The notes under the pieces: generated by a model
Database searches by the model: none
The model's input: the letters and a program-made list of their open reading frames with translations, nothing else
Told to the model about the DNA's origin: nothing
Shown: in pieces, positions 42,998-59,566 of the stretch
How the letters are laid out: each line of letters opens with the position of its first letter
Position numbering within the stretch: the stretch's first letter is position 1
Assembly (NCBI RefSeq): GCF_009914755.1
Contig: NC_060935.1
Strand: one strand, 5' to 3'
Length of the DNA: 64,000 nt
Origin: the human T2T-CHM13v2.0 reference genome, Homo sapiens
Made by a program: the position numbers and the translations under genes

Positions 42998-43100
42998 TTT
43001 TTTTTTTCCTGTAGAGGTGGGGTCTCACTGTATTGGGGTCTCAAACTCCTGGCCTCAAGTGATCCTCATGCCTGGGCCTCCCAAAGTACGGAGCCACCAC
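42998..43100 (-). mobile_element. Deleted Alu monomer (FLAM-like)
   Basis: gtagaggtggggtctcactgt...ctcctggcctcaagtgatcc. Confidence 0.7.
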
Positions 43101-43898
43101 TATTACTTTAAACACTTTTGCTGGCGCTTTGTCTTACTTTACCTATTTAGCTTCAGGTTAAGTGACCTGGGGGGAAATGAAGCTAGGATCAAGACAGGCC
43201 AGACCTCCCTGGACAAGTGTCCCCCACCCCCAATACTCACATTAAAAACAAAATTCAGTCTCTGCCAATCATATTAGAACAAGTGGGAAAGTGGGAAGGG
43301 CAGGAACAATTATTTTTCAGAATTTGGGAATCTATTTTTCAGTGTGGTTTTATAATTTACCTTTCAGGAATATAAGTTCTGTGACAATCAGACTTGCTTT
43401 TCTATGGAAATATGCAAAACCCTACCCAGGTGAAGCAAAAATTATTGTGATTATGCAACATTCCCTGACAAGGTTACAAGTGTCATGGTAAAGTATTCTT
43501 GCCACTGTTGGCCCTGGTAGAACAGTTAATTTTAAAAAGGTGACAACAGAGTAACAGACATGTACAGAATAGACTAGATGATAGAAGTGTTGAGAAGTTG
43601 ACCAAAAATAAGAAGTGGAATATTTTTAAAAAATTCATTGCTTACTCTGGGATTAACAACATTGGAATTTTAATTTAAAAATTAAGGTGGCATTTATAAA
43701 GTAATTACATATCTTACCAGCTTTTGTACTCCACTTAGGGAAGTTGAGTCTACTTTAGAAGAGAAAGGGGTTGACCCATAGAGTTTCCTAAAAATGCTGT
43801 TAATAGCTCCACAACAGAGGCAGCTTTGCTTAAAAACCCAATCAGGGAGTTTGGTAACTAGGGAGAAGGCAGAGACAGCCACAGCCCTTTCTGCCTCT

Positions 43899-43939
43899 AT
43901 TTGTTGGGAATAAATTCATGGTATTTATTCCCAACAAAT
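43899..43939. repeat. Perfect 17-bp inverted repeat with a 7-nt loop
   Basis: atttgttgggaataaat-tcatggt-atttattcccaacaaat. Confidence 0.95.
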
Positions 43940-44037
43940 TCACACTTTCAATTTATCTGTTTTTCTCACTGGACCTAAAGTAGTTATGGAAGTTCCTCTC
44001 TCCTTAGGCCTAATTTTGTTTCGTAAAATGCAGTCTT

Positions 44038-45682
<1,645 letters not shown>

Positions 45683-45889
45683 TAAAGGCCCCCGGGCAGA
45701 AACCACAGCCCACACCAAGGAGTAAAATGAAACCTCACTTACCATTTCCTGAAGGAGCAAGTATTAGTTATTTCAAGTGAAAACTAGTGCCTGAAACTGT
45801 TCTCTTCCAATATAGTTAGTTACATAGTCCCCCAAATAGAACAACTATGAAGCAAAAATCTAAGTAGTTATTTCATTAAAAACCACCTG

Positions 45890-46220
<331 letters not shown>

Positions 46221-46248
46221 CTATCATATTTTAATATATATATTTCAT

Positions 46249-46254
46249 TTTAAT
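46249..46254 (-). terminator. Candidate distal TRAF6 poly(A) signal ATTAAA
   Basis: TTTAAT on +, with a second copy at 46230-46235; a GU/U-rich tract follows on the - strand. Confidence 0.6.
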
Positions 46255-48468
46255 GAAGAGTGCTTTCTTGTAGACATTGATGCAGTACATAGGGCTGGTA
46301 AGGAAGTAGTAACAGTGCGGAGGGGGTAAGTATGTCAGTCTGGCATGTTTTCTTCTAAATTAATATTCAAAAAGGTGCCATTCAAGGAACACTTTTGGTC
46401 ATACCTTGCAACCAGTACTGAGACATGACATAAAGTTAAAACTCCAGGTGCCTTTTTGAGATAAGTGTGAATCCACATTCACAACCTGGGTTGAGAAAGG
46501 TCACACTTCTCTACTTACTAAAATGGAGTCCTTCAATCTTAAGTCAGCCCAGCAATTCAGTTGTATTGACCTGATGGAGGCCATCCGAGGTTTCACTGCC
46601 ATTAGGAGCAGGGCTTGTTTTATGCGCTCCGTGCATGCTGATGGTGCAGGGAGTGGTGGAAGATGTGCCACCTCAAATCTGGATAATTCCTTTAATCCCT
46701 TCCTTCAATACAACCTGCTCTTAAAACTGAACACTGATTTTCATTCTTTTCATGATTAGTGTTTCCCCACCCTTATCTTTGCATTCACTCCCTCTCATAA
46801 AGGATGCATTTTCAGAGTCCAGATGGATTAGGATAACTGCTTACAAATTCCATGGCAATAGTTAAGTTCTGAGGAAAAGCAGGCTTTGTGATAAGACCAC
46901 TGGATGTCTTTCAATTTTCAAAAGTCAGATTTCATTCCACAGCTTGTCATACAGTTTACAGAATTATGAGAATCCTCCCTGGATTCACAGTGTCTTTCTT
47001 AATAGAGTCATACATTAATGAATGTTACCCATTATTTAATATTTAAATTTCAAATTCTAGTTTCTACTTTACAAGGAAAAGGACACGAAGACAAAACTGA
47101 TTGGACCCATGGTCAGTCAGGAGAAAATGTGTCTTAGCTCCTAATTTAGTGACCTATATGCTAAATTACACCTTTTCATCCCTCTGAGAACATAATTCTG
47201 GAAGCTTGTATAAACAAAATAGGCCCCAAATTACATTCTCACCACAGAAATTAGATAATTTATCAAGTGCAAAAAGAACACGAGAATATTCTGCACAATT
47301 TATCAAGGACCTTCAAATAAATCCATTACAAAAAATACCCCTTCAGGCAAAATAAATAAGACTGAAATTCAGCATAACAAATTTGCAAAGTTTAAAATTA
47401 GCTTAACGTGAGGGCTGCAATTCCAGTTACAAAGCAAATGTCCCAAGTTCCCCCAAAGAACTTAAGACAAATTGATTAAAGTTGTTCAGTTATTTTAGAA
47501 TATTTTGTTTAGAGAAACCAAACTTGAAGTCTCATTAAAAGTAACATCTATCAAGTGATAAAGCAAATGTAACATAATATTACTGCAGATTCTAGGTCGT
47601 AGATGTTCACTATACAAGTCTTTCAACATTTCTGCATGTTTGGGAAATTTCATCAAGTGCTGAAGAAAAAAAGCAAAAAAAGTAACATCTGCGCCTTACC
47701 ATCTAAAATTTACATGACAAGGTACCAGAAATTGGTCAGCTTCAACTGCTGCTTTCAATAAATGTTCATTATTACGTATTTGAGTGTGTGCAACGTGCCA
47801 GGCACTGTGGTAAGAAGAGGGGATTCAGCAGCAACCAGAACACATCCCCATTCCACACAGTTTACCTTCTCCTGGGGACTTGCATAGAAGAGAACTATGG
47901 TCACTGCTGCTTGGGCGATTGTCCGAGTGGGACAGCACCTACCTTCAGAGCTGCAGACAGTAAGAGCAGAGGCACATGCCCCAACTTCCCCATCTTAAAG
48001 GCAGGGCTAGTGTCCTGCTGAGAAAGCACTCTGAGAGAAGAAGCAGCACCACATCTCTCATTTCCTAAAATGCTTTTCCCACCTAGAATTATTTTTCAGG
48101 ATTTTATGACCCGAATTTCCTGTGGGGAAAAAGCTTTAAAATATTACACACACAAGTGACATTTAGTGAAACAACCAGGCACCTCCTTGCCAAGTGTCCG
48201 TTTTTGACTGAAAGTGAAGGCTGTAATTGAGTGTCACAGTCTGCCAAGATCCATCCAATTTGATTTCATCAGATCATCTTTCTGGATACTGGGAATTTGT
48301 AAGTGCCAAGTACACTCTACAGGCACAAAGACAGAAACAGAGAAACTAACTTACAGTCCATCATGTCAATCTGGGAGTTTAGAAAAAGCACACTTCAAAA
48401 TAAAAATATAAATGACTACTTATGGCTCCTTTTCATTTCCTTAAGGCATTGCACTGTTTAGGTTGTAA

Positions 48469-48830
<362 letters not shown>

Positions 48831-49264
48831 TGAGGCAAGCCAAGAGAACAGTGTTAGTACATACAAGCAATTGTTCCTCTGTAAAAATAATGCATTCTAA
48901 CTGTATACATAATTCATAAGCATGCTTAGTTTATCTAAGACTTACTGGTGTAAAAACGGTAATAGAGAATTATACTGTGACCTGTATAATTTTATATGGG
49001 TCACAATAATTAACTGCTAGAGATCGTCCAGTATCTCTGTATTATTCCATCATTAGAATAAAAAACACCTGCCTTCATTCTGTTTCACTTTTTTCTACTA
49101 TTTATCCCCAAAATAAAAGTTAAATCATATTGTAGTATACCAATAAACAGTCTTTGCTGCCAATAGATAGTAATAAACTACCAAACTTCAAATCAACATT
49201 CAGACTTGTTTGCCAACAGCAAAATGTATGACGTGCAGCAAGTTTCATCCAACAGTGGGTTGGA

Positions 49265-49620
<356 letters not shown>

Positions 49621-50524
49621 TTAGCAATGTCCCAGAATGATGCCAAAAGATAAATATGGTAAAAGGTGGTTAGTAACATACAACATAAAGCCCAAAGGCT
49701 TGTATACCCAACTGAGTGAAACTAGCATGTTTAAGAATAGAGTAGGAGATTGGGAAAATGTAAGGAAGAAACCAACTTTCCAGGTTAAGGCTTAATTCTG
49801 ATTGAAGTAAAAAGTTTTCTATTTGGAATGACAGCTTGACTATTCTACTTTGTAGTCAAGATGAATGACCAGCATAAAATAACTGGCTGGTTTATGACAA
49901 AATGCCAAATGTTGGGGGTTAAAATTGCTCATTTTACTTAAGATGTGACCCAGCTGATAGACACTAAATTAGAGGAAAGTATCAGTGTCAGCAAAGAGTA
50001 AGTTAAAGACATTTTATACTGGCAAAATACTTTCCTAAGTATTGTCAGTGTTCTGCTGGTTGGAACTTAATTTGAGACAGAATGTTATGGCTGGAGGGGA
50101 CTCTAGAAATATCTGGTCCAAATCATTTTACAGATGGGAAGCTTGCTAAAAGCTGAAATTAGGCAAAACAACTTTTTTTTTTAATAAAGACTCTTGAGTT
50201 AGTAGAAAAAAATAGTATCACCAAGGCAGGAAATGACTCCTCTTTGTATCTAATGCACAGCCAGTGCTTTTAATAGAAATCTGACCAGGAAGCTTTTAAA
50301 TATCATTTCCTTTTTTGAGCTGGGGGCGTGGAGATTAAATGTTTTGTGGCAACATTTAATTTTTTTCTCCGATAAAAGTACACATTTATTGTAGAAAATG
50401 TAAAAAATATAAGCAAGCGCAAAGGAAAATAAGCCAACAAAAAGTTTAGTATATTTCCTTCAGGCTTTTTCTACGCAAATACAAAAATACTACTGTTCAG
50501 TTTTTAAATGGAACTTGACAATTA

Positions 50525-50530
50525 TTTATT
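50525..50530 (-). terminator. Candidate proximal TRAF6 poly(A) signal AATAAA
   Basis: TTTATT on +; U-rich sequence (gtatttttgtatttg) downstream on the - strand. Confidence 0.5.
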
Positions 50531-51016
50531 CATTGTAAAATAATCACAGGAACAGCAGCAGTGTAGGTTTCCCTACCTAGAGGGTGGTATGCAGTGATTC
50601 TCAGGCGCTGGTTGGAAGGCACAGCTGAGGGACACAAACTGCCAGGAAGTAATGTGGTAACTAGCCATGAGCTTGTGGTACTAATGGTGGCACGGGAAAC
50701 AAGGTCTCTGCTTGACTTTTATTTTCACTCCATAACAAACTCACCAGATCAGGAGCCTAAGGGTGGGTGGGGAGGGAGAAGAGAGAAAAAAGCAAAGGGA
50801 AAGTTCAAAGTGACACTCGCTGGGGCTGAAAACCACACTCCCCTGCAGATGAGGTCCTTGGCTTTCTCTTGAAATTAAGGCTGATCTAGAACGCTGGCTG
50901 GCGACTCTGATTTGGCCTCTCTGGGGGATACAATGTCATCTCTCATTACCAGACAACTTTAAATGGTGGATGGATCTTTAGATCCTTTATAAGCTTATAC
51001 TAGTTGCGGGTCTCCC

Positions 51017-51024
51017 TGAGAACT
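51017..51024 (-). promoter_or_regulatory. miR-146a/b 8mer site
   Basis: TGAGAACT on +; UTR position 1272-1279. Confidence 0.85.
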
Positions 51025-51750
51025 AGATTCCACGATATTTTATATCTATATATAGGCCTTTAACAAATACATGATGGCACACAAAAAAATCATCTCCCTA
51101 TTAGGAAAATCTGGTTACTTCCAGGATTCTACAGGATCCTTCTCAGAACCTGCAGTTGTTAGGCTACAGCAACATACTCAAGCTAAGTTGTGATACAACC
51201 ACTGTGACTTCTAATCCTAGTTTGGTGACCTCCTAGGTATCTCCAATCATCTCCCAAGTTTTAAAAAATTCTGATTTTAGGAAATCAATTTTGTTCTTTT
51301 TAATCGAAATAAACCAGAGGGTATTCAAAAGAGCTGAAAACTTCTGGCTCACATAGCTTCTGTCACCACCAATGAGATGCCACATGCGCTGACTACTTGG
51401 GTCACTTTTAATTTTTATGTTGCTGATTGTATGTGTGCATCTCCTGTCTTGTAAGCATTAAACAAATGAAGACATATGCAGAGCTGTGAAATTCACTCTG
51501 CACTGAATAGACAAAAAGGGTTACATAGCATAACAATGAGCAGTTGGTATCCACGTGGTTCTCAGCATTATAAACTCTGGGGAAGATGCTACTTCGTAAC
51601 CTCAAGGAAATAAGTAAGCAAGGCAGAAGGAACACTTAAACAAGTATTATTCAACAGACATGTTTACACTAAATAATTAAGGTTATATTTAGGGTTTAAA
51701 CTCATCCCTGAATATCCTTAGTAACAACCTGGAGGAAAAACTGGGGTGAA

Positions 51751-51758
51751 TGAGAACT
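51751..51758 (-). promoter_or_regulatory. miR-146a/b 8mer site
   Basis: TGAGAACT on +; UTR position 538-545. Confidence 0.9.
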
Positions 51759-51815
51759 TAAGTTTTCCAAGGATTATGGTTCAAATCCTCTGAAATCTAT
51801 AACAGGTTAAAAAAA

Positions 51816-51823
51816 TGAGAACT
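51816..51823 (-). promoter_or_regulatory. miR-146a/b 8mer site (AGUUCUCA) in the TRAF6 3' UTR
   Basis: TGAGAACT on +; UTR position 473-480. TRAF6 is an established miR-146 target. Confidence 0.9.
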
Positions 51824-52295
51824 CAACTTTCTAGAGCAATAACTCTTCTCGAGGGCACTAGCACAAGGCGGTAGTGATTTTCACTTTTAATATATTACAT
51901 ATAATACTACAAAAAGACTGAAGTTTTAAGGAAAATCCATTATTATTAAAAGTTTAGTACTCTTGAGTCTGGACTTTCTGACAATAAAATACACCAGAGC
52001 AAAAGCCCAAGAAAGTACAACAAAGAGGTATACTAACTGGCAAAATAGCTGCTGCAACATGCCACAGGCACTTCAGGCCTAACATTTCTGAAAAAGCATG
52101 GAACGTGTGGATTCCCAGGAAAAAACTGCCTCAGATCATTTGTAACAGGAAGAAATAGTAAGTGACCTCTCTAACAACACTCACTAGTAGATATTACATA
52201 TTTCCCGTGGCTTGTTTGTTTGCATGTTATTGAGAACAGGGCAAGGAAAGGCACTGTTTTCTCCAGGTAGTTGTTTTTGAGCAAGTGAGGGCAAG

Positions 52296-53108
52296 CTATA
52301 CCCCTGCATCAGTACTTCGTGGCTGAAAACCCTCCCTCCGAAGGCTACCCATGTCAAAGCGGGTGGAGACCTCACAGCGCACTAATAATGTGTCATCCTT
52401 AATGAAAGTTCTTTGTCTTAGGGCTTCCAGATGCATAAAAGTTACATAGCCAAAACCTTTTGGGTTCCGTGGGATTGTGGGTCGCTGGAAAGCAAGCAGC
52501 TCTGGTTTGGCATCCATTATCTCTTCGTGGTTTTGCCTTACAGGTGCTTCAGACTGATCAAGAATTGTAAGGCGTATTGTACCCTGGAAGGGCCAAGGGA
52601 GGTGGCTGTCATATTCTCCTTGCATTGTGTGGACAAAAAGGGATATATAGTTTGCACAGCGCTGAGCAGTCGGTAACTGAAGGTGCAAGCGCATGCACAG
52701 TTTGTACCCGGGTTTGCCAGTGTAGAATCCAGGGCTATGAATCACAACAGGTTTCTCCTCTTCTTGACATTTCAAATGCATTCCAAAGTTGCCAATCTTC
52801 CAAATATAAATTCCATTGCACTGCTGTGCTTCGATTTCAGCAACTTTGTCCTCAAGGGTTCGAATGGTTCGTTTGAGCTCACTTACATACATACTCTGAG
52901 TTTCCATTTTAGCAGTCAGCTCCCGGATTTGATGGTCTTGTCTTACAAGGCGACCCTCTAACTGGTGAATAGTTTCCTGGAAATTCCGGACCTCTGAGAT
53001 ATACCCAGAGTCGGGTATAACGCTCAAACTATGAACAGCCTGGGCCAACATTCTCATGTGTGACTGGGTGTTCTCTTGTAGGTGGCGTGCCAAGTGATTC
53101 CTCTGCAT
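52296..53108 (-). CDS. TRAF6: TRAF6 terminal coding exon (coiled coil and MATH/TRAF-C domain)
   Basis: 270-aa ORF containing GIYIWKI...[17 protein letters not shown]...PKGFGY. Exon lengths 296+151+159+72+78+813 = 1569. Confidence 0.98.
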
Positions 53109-53199
53109 CTAAAAATCAAGCACAAGCCTTAGGCTGGGAATAGATACCGTGAGGAGTAGGAAAAGGACCTGGCCAGGTCAAATAAGAAGTTTTCAAGTA

Positions 53200-54960
53200 G
53201 TCACACCACTTCCCTCAATTCTCTACAATTTTCCTTTGCCTTCAACAGATTCTTGATCCAATGAGGCGACTCTGCCTCTTAGTTCACTGAAAAACAGACT
53301 ATCTGATGACTACTCTCCCAGCTTTCACTCACATAAATCTCCCTCCCACCTACAAAAAATGTATTTACACACATCCTTCTTTTCTAACTGAGATGCCTGT
53401 CCTCTCCAAGATTAACATTCTACCTGTGCTCTAAATGTTACCTGACCTGTTGCGACACCCCAGAGATTTTACTCAGTGATTTTTCTTCATCTTTAAACAT
53501 CTCTTCCTCTAACACTTTCCTTTAGAATACAATTATTGAAGTCTTTCCCATCAAAAAAGGACAAACCTCTCTGAAGAGCTTTTGTCTCTCTCTAGTTAAT
53601 ATTAATACCATTTTTTTTTAAAGTCAAGAATATAGTCTACCTGTATTGTCTGCAATTCCCAGTATACAAATCTATTGCAAATTGGAATTTCTCCTGGCAC
53701 CATGCCATTCTAAGGTCATTAAGAACACCCTATTATACGAAAAACATTCATAATACAACAATTTTTATTATAAAAGGTCATATAGTCTTTAAAAAACCTA
53801 GAAAATATAGATGACCAAAAAGGGTGTTACCTAATATCTCACCTAACTTCCATTAACATTTTATTTCTTTCTTTTTCTCTAAGCACAATACAGAATTTTC
53901 CCACAAAATACAACCATACCATTTTGCTCATTTTATTTTTTAAATTATTAAATGTATGTTTGTTACACATAAGTCAGGGAAAAAAAAGTATAATGGAAAA
54001 CCAAAAGTGTAACTGCACTCTCCAAAAAGAAAGACATATCATAAACAATGATCAATCTCAGACATTTGACACTACTGATCATGAATCTTGAAACTAATTT
54101 TGGAGACCATAATACTACTTTCTCTTTGCCTGGTTCATCTGTTTCTTATACTGTTTGTTCATGGCTCTTTTCCTTGGCATACTTCTCTTTCCTGTACATA
54201 CGCCATATGATCTCAATCACAACTTCCATTATTACCACAAATCACTTTCCCAAATCAATACTCTGAGTCCTAATTTCTCTTTGGGGCTTAAGACAGCACA
54301 TAATGCATGTCAGTCATCCCACCTGTTCCCTAGCTGGGTGAAGTCATTATCTGTAATTCAATACATTAAAACAGATTTTTTTTTTAAACTCTACCTCCAG
54401 TCAGTTCTTCCTGTGTTCACTCTTTTTTGCCGAATGGCCCTTCCATCTACCCAGTGACAAAGGCCAGAAACCAAGAGTCATTCTAGACGCCTCCCTCTCC
54501 TTCACTCATCACATTTATTTAGTCACACAGGCAGTAGATCTTCTCTCCTAAATATGTACTGGCTCCTAGGTCTATCTTGACGGTCATCGCCATAATTCAA
54601 GCTGTCTTCACTTAGGTATTCCAACAGCTCAGGTACTAGTACCCCCACCTCCACCTCAAATCATCTACATTGCTATTGGGTTGAACTAGCACAACACAAA
54701 CTACTTGTAGTTCCTCAAATCACCATGCTCACTCTTTCTCACTGGTCTTCTCTCCTTTGTCTTCTTGGAAAACTATTTCACCTGTCAAGATTCAGCCCAA
54801 AGCATCATGTTTTGTCAAGTCTGTCTGAATGCTTTAGGCATTGCTAAGTATGCCTTTGCTTCTGCTCACAGCATCCATGAATAACTCTATTATATCACTT
54901 ATTACACTGCTTTACAACTACATCTACATTCTTGTTGTTATTCTCCACTACATGATGTAA
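53200..54960 (+). mobile_element. Fragmented L2 in the last TRAF6 intron
   Basis: ccagaaaccaagagtcattctagacgcctccctctccttcac and similar L2 blocks; interrupted. Confidence 0.5.
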
Positions 54961-55009
54961 ATATTTTTTTTTACTTATATTCAAGAATTAAAAGAAAAAA
55001 AAACCTTAC

Positions 55010-55087
55010 CTTTTCATGGCAACCAAAAGTACTGAATGTGCATGGAATTGGGGCTGTAGGGCAGTCTAGATCATAATGATTAGGCAT
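55010..55087 (-). CDS. TRAF6: TRAF6 fifth coding exon (78 nt; [26 protein letters not shown])
   Basis: ggatttcAG acceptor, AAG|GTAAGG donor; manual translation. Confidence 0.95.
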
Positions 55088-55353
55088 CTGAAATCCAAAA
55101 CAAAGGCTGAAAAATCTCTTCCTTGCATATCATTTTCTAGTTTGATGCGATCACATTTAAACTGTATTGTCAATGGCTGCTTTGTACCACATTGGCAGCT
55201 GAATAGGTGCAGCATAAACCATCACCCACAAAAATTAAAAGAACATCTACTTTCAAAAGTTATAGAGAAAGGAAATATCAACATCTCATAATATCCCCTC
55301 CAATTATCCAAAATTCATTTCAAGAAAATGAATTTGTTCCTCTTGCTGGGAAC

Positions 55354-55371
55354 TGGCACCCTCTAGTGGCA
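55354..55371 (-). promoter_or_regulatory. Candidate CTCF motif (TGCCACTAGAGGGTGCCA)
   Basis: 13/14 match to CCASYAGRKGGCRS. Confidence 0.5.
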
Positions 55372-55846
55372 CTTTACAGAAAAAACACCTAACAATAGCT
55401 ACAAGTGCAAACTGGATTAAGACTCCCACTATGGTCTAGGCCATTTAATAGGAACCAGTCAACTGCATGCACTGAAGCCACTGACTACACCCATACTTGC
55501 CTCATGACCACCTCTCAAAAATCATCTTTGACCACCTTTCAACAATCTTCTTAACTTTTGTTAAGCTGGGCATATTTTAGCTACAATGGGGAGACTCAGA
55601 TGTTAGAAGGTACTTTAAACACATTAATAGAAGCTCTAAAAAAAGTCTCAGTCCTGGATTTTGGGACTCTAAGACACATTCTCTAAGGTAAGATCCTTTA
55701 TACTCAATCATATTTTTTCAAAGAGGTGCCAAATTCCCTTTAGAAATTTAATGTAGCTATAGTTGTAGATATTTCAAACAGGAAGTACCTGAGAGACCAT
55801 TTATTATAATTCAATCCTTCATTTCTCAAGAGGGAACAGTGTAGAA

Positions 55847-56055
55847 CAGGGGCCAATAAAATTTTTTGTAAAGGATCAGATAGTAAATATGGGCTGTACT
55901 GCCTCTGTCCTAAGTATTAAACTCTACCATTGTCATACAAAAGTAGCCATACACAAGACATACACACATGGGTATGACTGTCTTTCAATAAAACTTTATT
56001 TACAAAAACAGGTAGAGAGACAGATCTAGCTGGCAGGCCAGTTTGCTGATCCCAG
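55847..56055 (+). mobile_element. MER58A-like hAT element
   Basis: cagggg...gtaaaggatcagatagtaaata...caataaaactttatttacaaaaacagg...gtttgctgatccc. Confidence 0.8.
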
Positions 56056-56541
56056 ATCTATTTAGAATGTCAACTTGTTAAAGATGAGAGGGCACAGTTA
56101 AAATCACAGTTTAAACCTAGGACTAAAACCCAGGTTTTCTGACTCTTAGCCTAGGGTTTTTTCTTGTATTTTCTTTTGCTGGGTTTTAATTTGTTGCATG
56201 GTTTCCTTTAAATGTTAAAAGACAGCAAAAAGGAAAACGAGTTAGGACTTCATAAGCAAAAGATGTTTAACACCTTCAAATTAAGGCTTTGTTGGAAAAA
56301 TTAAGAGACTGTTAACAAACCAATGAAAAAGTTTTAAGGTTAACAAACTTGTCCAGTGACAGGTTTTGCTTGCTGCTTCTCAGTAAGGTATATCAATAAT
56401 GATCTCTGGGTTTACAGATTTCATGGGTATATAAATATTTAATGGTTAATATTCATATTTTGTGGGTAAACTCCCCAAATGTCAGAAGATAGCAATCAGA
56501 TGGAATTTTCCTTTCTCTACTAATAGTCAAAACAATCTTTG

Positions 56542-56845
56542 GGCTGGGCTTGGTGGCTCACACCTATAATTCTAGCACTGTGGGAGGCTAAAGCAGGTAG
56601 ATTGCTTGAGCTCAGGAGTTCGAGACCAGTCTAGGCAATATAACAAGACCCCGTTTCTACAAAAAATCTAAAAAAATAAAAAATTAGCCGGGCATGGTGG
56701 TGCACGCCCGTAGTCCCAGCTCTTTGGGAGGCTGAGGTAGGAGGATCGCCTGAGCCAGGAATTTGAGGCTGCAGTGAGCCATGACTGTGTCAATGCACTC
56801 CAGCTTAGGCAACAGAGTGAGACTCTATCTCAAGAAACAAAAAAA
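56542..56845 (+). mobile_element. AluJ-like element
   Basis: ttgcttgagctcagg; ggaggatcgcctgagcc; gaggctgcagtgagccatga. Confidence 0.9.
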
Positions 56846-57434
56846 CCCCACCATATAATTTTCTATTACAATTACTACTTCTAATGATGCCCGGTCAGTG
56901 GCCTACAGGACAACTGAACAGAAGGGCTACAGGTCCTAAAAATCTGAAAACTTCCCTGTATGCCTCAGGGATTACAGCTACAAATATTATTCTCCTACTG
57001 AACAGAACTGCCTTCCTTTATTTCGCTGTTCCCTCTTATTCTTTCAGCCAATCTCTGGACACTTGAGATCCTCATTTCACAGTGTGTAAATATATATATA
57101 TATATCTTAGTTTTTTCTTTCTTTAAATGGGGACCCTTACTTTTGATTATTTTTATCTTAAAATTGGTTTTGTTGGGAATTTTTATGAATATACAAAAGC
57201 ACAGGTATTATGTTAATGACTTAGGAATTTTAAGTACTTAAAAAGGGCTGGATGTTTTGTTCTCCCTGAAAGTATTTATTACTTATATTAATTTATATAA
57301 AAAATTTTCACACAGCTCTAATACTTCTTCAATCTGTATTTCTTTGCCTTATTGATTTAAATTTTCAATTAAAAAACCTAATTCACTTCTTTAAGCCGTT
57401 TATGAAAATAATAATTTATGAAAATGAATAATAC

Positions 57435-57506
57435 CTGTTCTCTGATGAGTATAGTATTGCAGTATTCACAGATGACATTTGCCAAAGGACAGTTCTGGTC
57501 ATGGAT
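57435..57506 (-). CDS. TRAF6: TRAF6 fourth coding exon (72 nt; [24 protein letters not shown])
   Basis: aattcAG acceptor, CAG|GTATTA donor; manual translation. Confidence 0.94.
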
Positions 57507-58070
57507 CTGAATTTTATTAGAGAAATATAATTAAAGCATGAGAATATCTGAAAAAGTGAAAACAACTAATTTTGATAAAAAGCAATTTTTCACTATAAAC
57601 AAATAAGGACATCAATTTGTACAAAGCAAAAGTGAGTGAAAGTGAGAGTAATATATAAAGGCTATTTTCTTTCTCTTTCCCAGTGTAATAATGAGATTCA
57701 TTCAACTTTCCAGCTCTTTAAAAGAGCAGGGTAGTATATAAAAAATAATTTTTCAAATCCCTTCCTTTTATCCTGAGGTGGTACACCTGTATCTACTTTG
57801 GACATCATCTGCCGAGGCTATACTTCTCCAAAGGTAATCTTACAAAAATTTTCAGCAGCAGCATGACAATTTAATTAAAATTTCTTGTCAGTAGAGTTAA
57901 AGAACAAATCTTTTATTAGGACATGAGGATTTGGTGCTCAGTTTCTCATATGCCCCAGAAGGGTAAGCCTTATTTTCTAGAATATAATGACTTTAGTTGA
58001 TGTGCTGAGAAATAATTAGCCTTCCAGGTTAAGTCAATCTAATTTACTAAAGTTTAGAAAGGAGTTGTCG

Positions 58071-58388
<318 letters not shown>

Positions 58389-58666
58389 CTAATTATGACT
58401 GAGACTTCTCTACATTTATACCAAGTTAGCTAACTTTTTTTGAATATTTTATCAATGTAATGGATAAAATATGCTTGATCTCAAAGTGGGGAAAAACTGC
58501 CAACGTGAATTTATAAAAACTATAGTTTAAGGAAGTATCTAAGTAACAGAATAAAAACATAAATTATATGTAGGTTATTTTATAAAAGTATACATAGGAT
58601 AGGGATCAAGGGCTTCGATTTCAGGGTTAGCTTTTTTTATTGGCAATATTAATACAAGTCTACTTA

Positions 58667-59158
<492 letters not shown>

Positions 59159-59566
59159 TTATTCTTTGTAATAGTTAGAACAACCTATTCTGTTTCTCAG
59201 AATAATTTTGTGTAGATCTTATCTTAATCTACTTGTTTGTCTCCAATCCAAAATTGGTTATTAAAATATCACACAGGAAAGCTGATCGGCATATGCCTTT
59301 CTTAGAAGTTCTGTTACTTGCATATCTACAATAGTGATAACTAGTATAAATGTTTTTTTAAGAAAGACATGCAAAACAAATTCTACACTTATGTACTAAA
59401 ATGGCTTATTGAACCTTCTTTTTCTTAAAAATCATTTTTCCCAAAATTGATAATGTAGACTCAGAGTCGGAGTCACATCCTTATCTACTGCTAACCCCCT
59501 CAAGTACACATTTAAGAACAATATTTTAAGAAGTAGTGAATTTAACAAATCCAAGTTAGTACATGC

